A DNA stretch of 51,091 bases from Candidatus Moranbacteria bacterium RIFCSPHIGHO2_01_FULL_55_24 (GTDB lineage: Bacteria; Patescibacteriota; Minisyncoccia; Moranbacterales; UBA1568): positions 1 to 51,091 of the forward strand of contig MFRW01000010.1 of the NCBI GenBank assembly GCA_001786575.1. The letters run 5' to 3'. The notes under the pieces are model-generated. The model saw nothing but the letters and a program-made list of their open reading frames with translations. It was not told where the DNA came from and made no database searches. Positions 49,258 to 51,091 of this stretch are shown piece after piece; the first letter of the stretch is position 1; every line of letters starts with the position of its first letter. The translations under genes were made by a program, and so were the position numbers.

Positions 49258-50175
49258 ATGAAGCAGTACCTTGAACTTCTGGACCATATCATGACCGATG
49301 GCGCCGACAAGGGCGACCGGACCGGTACCGGCACGCGGAGCGTGTTCGGGTACCAGATGCGCTTCGATCTCTCGAAGGGTTTTCCGCTCATGACCACCAA
49401 GAAGATGCCGTGGAAGATGATCGCGCACGAGCTTCTCTGGTTCCTGGCAGGAAGCACCAATATCAAGTATCTGGTCGACAACGACGTGCACATCTGGGAC
49501 GACTGGCCTTTCAAGAGCTACCTGATGCAGAACAATCTCCCGGTACCGCAGCCGAATACTCCGGAATGGGAGGCGGGCATCAAGGAGTTCACTGATCGGA
49601 TCAAGGCAGACGCGGAATTCGCCGAGCAGTACGGCGAGCTCGGACCGGTCTACGGCTATCAGTGGCGTTCCTGGCCGGCACCGGATGGCCGGCGTATCGA
49701 CCAGATATCCGAAGTCATCGAACAGATCAAGAAATCTCCGAACTCCCGGCGTATGATCGTCTCGGCCTGGAACGTGGCCGATATCGAAGAGATGACGAAG
49801 TCAGGGCTCCCGCCGTGCCATTGTCTCTTCCAGTTCTATGTGGCTGAAGGCCGGCTTTCCTGTCTGCTTTACCAGCGGAGCTGCGACACATTTCTGGGAG
49901 TGCCGTTCAACATCGCATCGTACGCGCTCCTGACCCAGATGTTCGCGCAAGTCTGCGGCCTCAAGCCGGGCGAATTCATCTGGACCGGAGGAGACGTGCA
50001 TCTCTACAACAATCATTTCGATCAAGTAGAGACGCAGCTCGCTCGCGAGCCGCTGCCGCTTCCGACGCTCTGGATCAACCCGGAGGTGAAGGACATCTTT
50101 TCTTTCACAATCGATGACTTCCGGCTGGACAACTATCAGTCGCACCCAAGCATCAAAGCACCTATCGCGGTGTAA
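49258..50175 (+). CDS. thyA: Thymidylate synthase
   Basis: [52 protein letters not shown]. Confidence 0.99.
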   Translation: MKQYLELLDHIMTDGADKGDRTGTGTRSVFGYQMRFDLSKGFPLMTTKKMPWKMIAHELLWFLAGSTNIKYLVDNDVHIWDDWPFKSYLMQNNLPVPQPNTPEWEAGIKEFTDRIKADAEFAEQYGELGPVYGYQWRSWPAPDGRRIDQISEVIEQIKKSPNSRRMIVSAWNVADIEEMTKSGLPPCHCLFQFYVAEGRLSCLLYQRSCDTFLGVPFNIASYALLTQMFAQVCGLKPGEFIWTGGDVHLYNNHFDQVETQLAREPLPLPTLWINPEVKDIFSFTIDDFRLDNYQSHPSIKAPIAV

Positions 50176-50180
50176 CTCCC

Positions 50181-50220
50181 ATCCCTCGTTTCTCTTTGAG
50201 ACGAGGGATTCTTTCTTTTT
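50181..50220 (+). terminator. Terminator after thyA
   Basis: ATCCCTCGTTTC-tcttt-GAGACGAGGGAT followed by T-rich tail. Confidence 0.75.
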
Positions 50221-50241
50221 CCAACAAGCCTCTTTTGAAAC

Positions 50242-50676
50242 CCCATCCCAGAGCAACCCTCCAGGTCTCTCTCCGAAAACCCTTCGGCGAGCGACCTTCC
50301 TCATCCCTCTCGTTTCTCATCCCATCCCATCTCCGCAAACCCTTCGGCGAGCGACCTTTCCGAGAGACATTCGCTCTCTTCCAGCGGAGAGCTCATTCCG
50401 AAAAAATCTGATGACTCTTGCAGACAAGAGACCGAGCTCATCAGATTTTTTAGCCTCCCGGAAAAGATCCTCGCCGAAGGGTCTTTCGAAAAGAAAGAAA
50501 AGAGACTGGATTCTTTCTCTGTTTCCAAATCCCTCTCCAGAACCCTCCAGGGAGGCTTGGAAGGACGGAAAAGCATGGTCTTTTTCTTTCAGAAAAAGTT
50601 TTCCGTCCTGGAATGAAGTAAGCGAGCACGCCGGAGCGAGTGCACGTCTCCCTGGAGGGTTGCTGGAGATGGGATT
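50242..50676. repeat. Composite direct/inverted repeat element
   Basis: 29-bp direct repeat at 60-bp period (50270, 50330), inverted partial copy 50470-50482, 14-bp IR 50401/50438, about 29-bp IR 50528/50646, 11-bp IR 50562/50599. Confidence 0.85.
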
Positions 50677-50803
50677 GCACAGATTTCGGAAAGAGACTGA
50701 TGGGGAAACAGTGAAGATTTGAGGCGAGCGAAGCTGGTGTCTAGGGAACAGGAACAACAAAATTATTTGGGAAATCCCTCGGAATAAGGTACATTAGAAA
50801 GGT

Positions 50804-51091
50804 ATGAATAAGCCAAGAATCAGCCTTATTGCGGCTCTCGCACGGTCGAATCGAGCGATCGGGAAGGACAACAGACTGCTCTGGAATATCCCGGCGGATT
50901 TGGCGCACTTCAAGGAAGTGACCTCGGGCCACCCGGTCATCATGGGAGAGAAAACATTCTATTCTATCGGGCGTCCTCTCCCGAACCGGACCAATATCGT
51001 CCTTTCGGACAACCCGGCTTTCACGGCTGCAGGAGTAGAGACAGCCGGATCGATCGAAGAGGCGCTTGCCCGAGCGGAAAGCGCTGATCAG
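50804..51091 (+). CDS. folA: Dihydrofolate reductase (3'-truncated by window; absent from ORF track)
   Basis: MNKPRISLIAALARSNRAIGKDNRLLWNIPADLAHFKEVTSGHPVIMGEKTFYSIGRPLPNRTNIVLS. Confidence 0.97.
   Translation, partial: MNKPRISLIAALARSNRAIGKDNRLLWNIPADLAHFKEVTSGHPVIMGEKTFYSIGRPLPNRTNIVLSDNPAFTAAGVETAGSIEEALARAESADQ

Noticed and set aside
50270..50358. CRISPR mini-array (29-bp repeat, 31-bp spacer)
   Set aside because: Only two units, the spacer is low-complexity and itself repeats nearby sequence, an inverted partial copy is present, and there are no cas genes in the window.
50528..50676. Integron attC site (long hairpin with two bulged bases)
   Set aside because: Ends do not match RYYYAAC/GTTRRRY boxes; no cassette array or integrase.
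50114..50760. ORFs across the thyA-folA spacer
   Set aside because: Low-complexity translations of the repeats; no recognisable domain or start context.

Overview
Chromosomal segment of a Patescibacteria (CPR) genome, Parcubacteria-like. This assignment is inferred from divergent 16S signatures, a monoderm-type type IV pilus locus and SD-less translation starts; genetic code 11 is used. The window begins in the 3' third of a 16S rRNA gene that is not followed by tRNA or 23S. It carries 9 tRNA genes and housekeeping genes (valS, tsaD, recG, clpC, comF, ligA, gatCA, secE-nusG-rplK-rplA, dcd-thyA-folA). It also has a type IV pilus cluster (pilM/N/O, pilB, pilT, pilC, two tandem major pilins, pilD, three minor pilins), envelope genes and several stand-alone ORFans. 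The most unusual signals are non-coding. (1) A 16-bp palindrome, TCCGCC-N4-GGCGGA, sits in partial tRNA duplicates upstream of three intact tRNAs, each time replacing 8 nt of tRNA sequence; further copies lie in a tRNA-Ser mini-element and beside rplA. (2) Three promoter-to-terminator, structured transcription units of about 215, 415 and 650 nt lack a recognisable protein gene. (3) A roughly 500-bp nested-repeat element splits thyA from folA. (4) The Arg tRNA set (GCG, UCG, CCG) could decode CGN without inosine. (5) Translation initiation is bimodal: most core genes have U at -1 and no SD, or are leaderless, while pilins and ORFans have strong SDs. No integrase, transposase, reverse transcriptase or CRISPR array is visible. 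All alignments and folds were done by eye.
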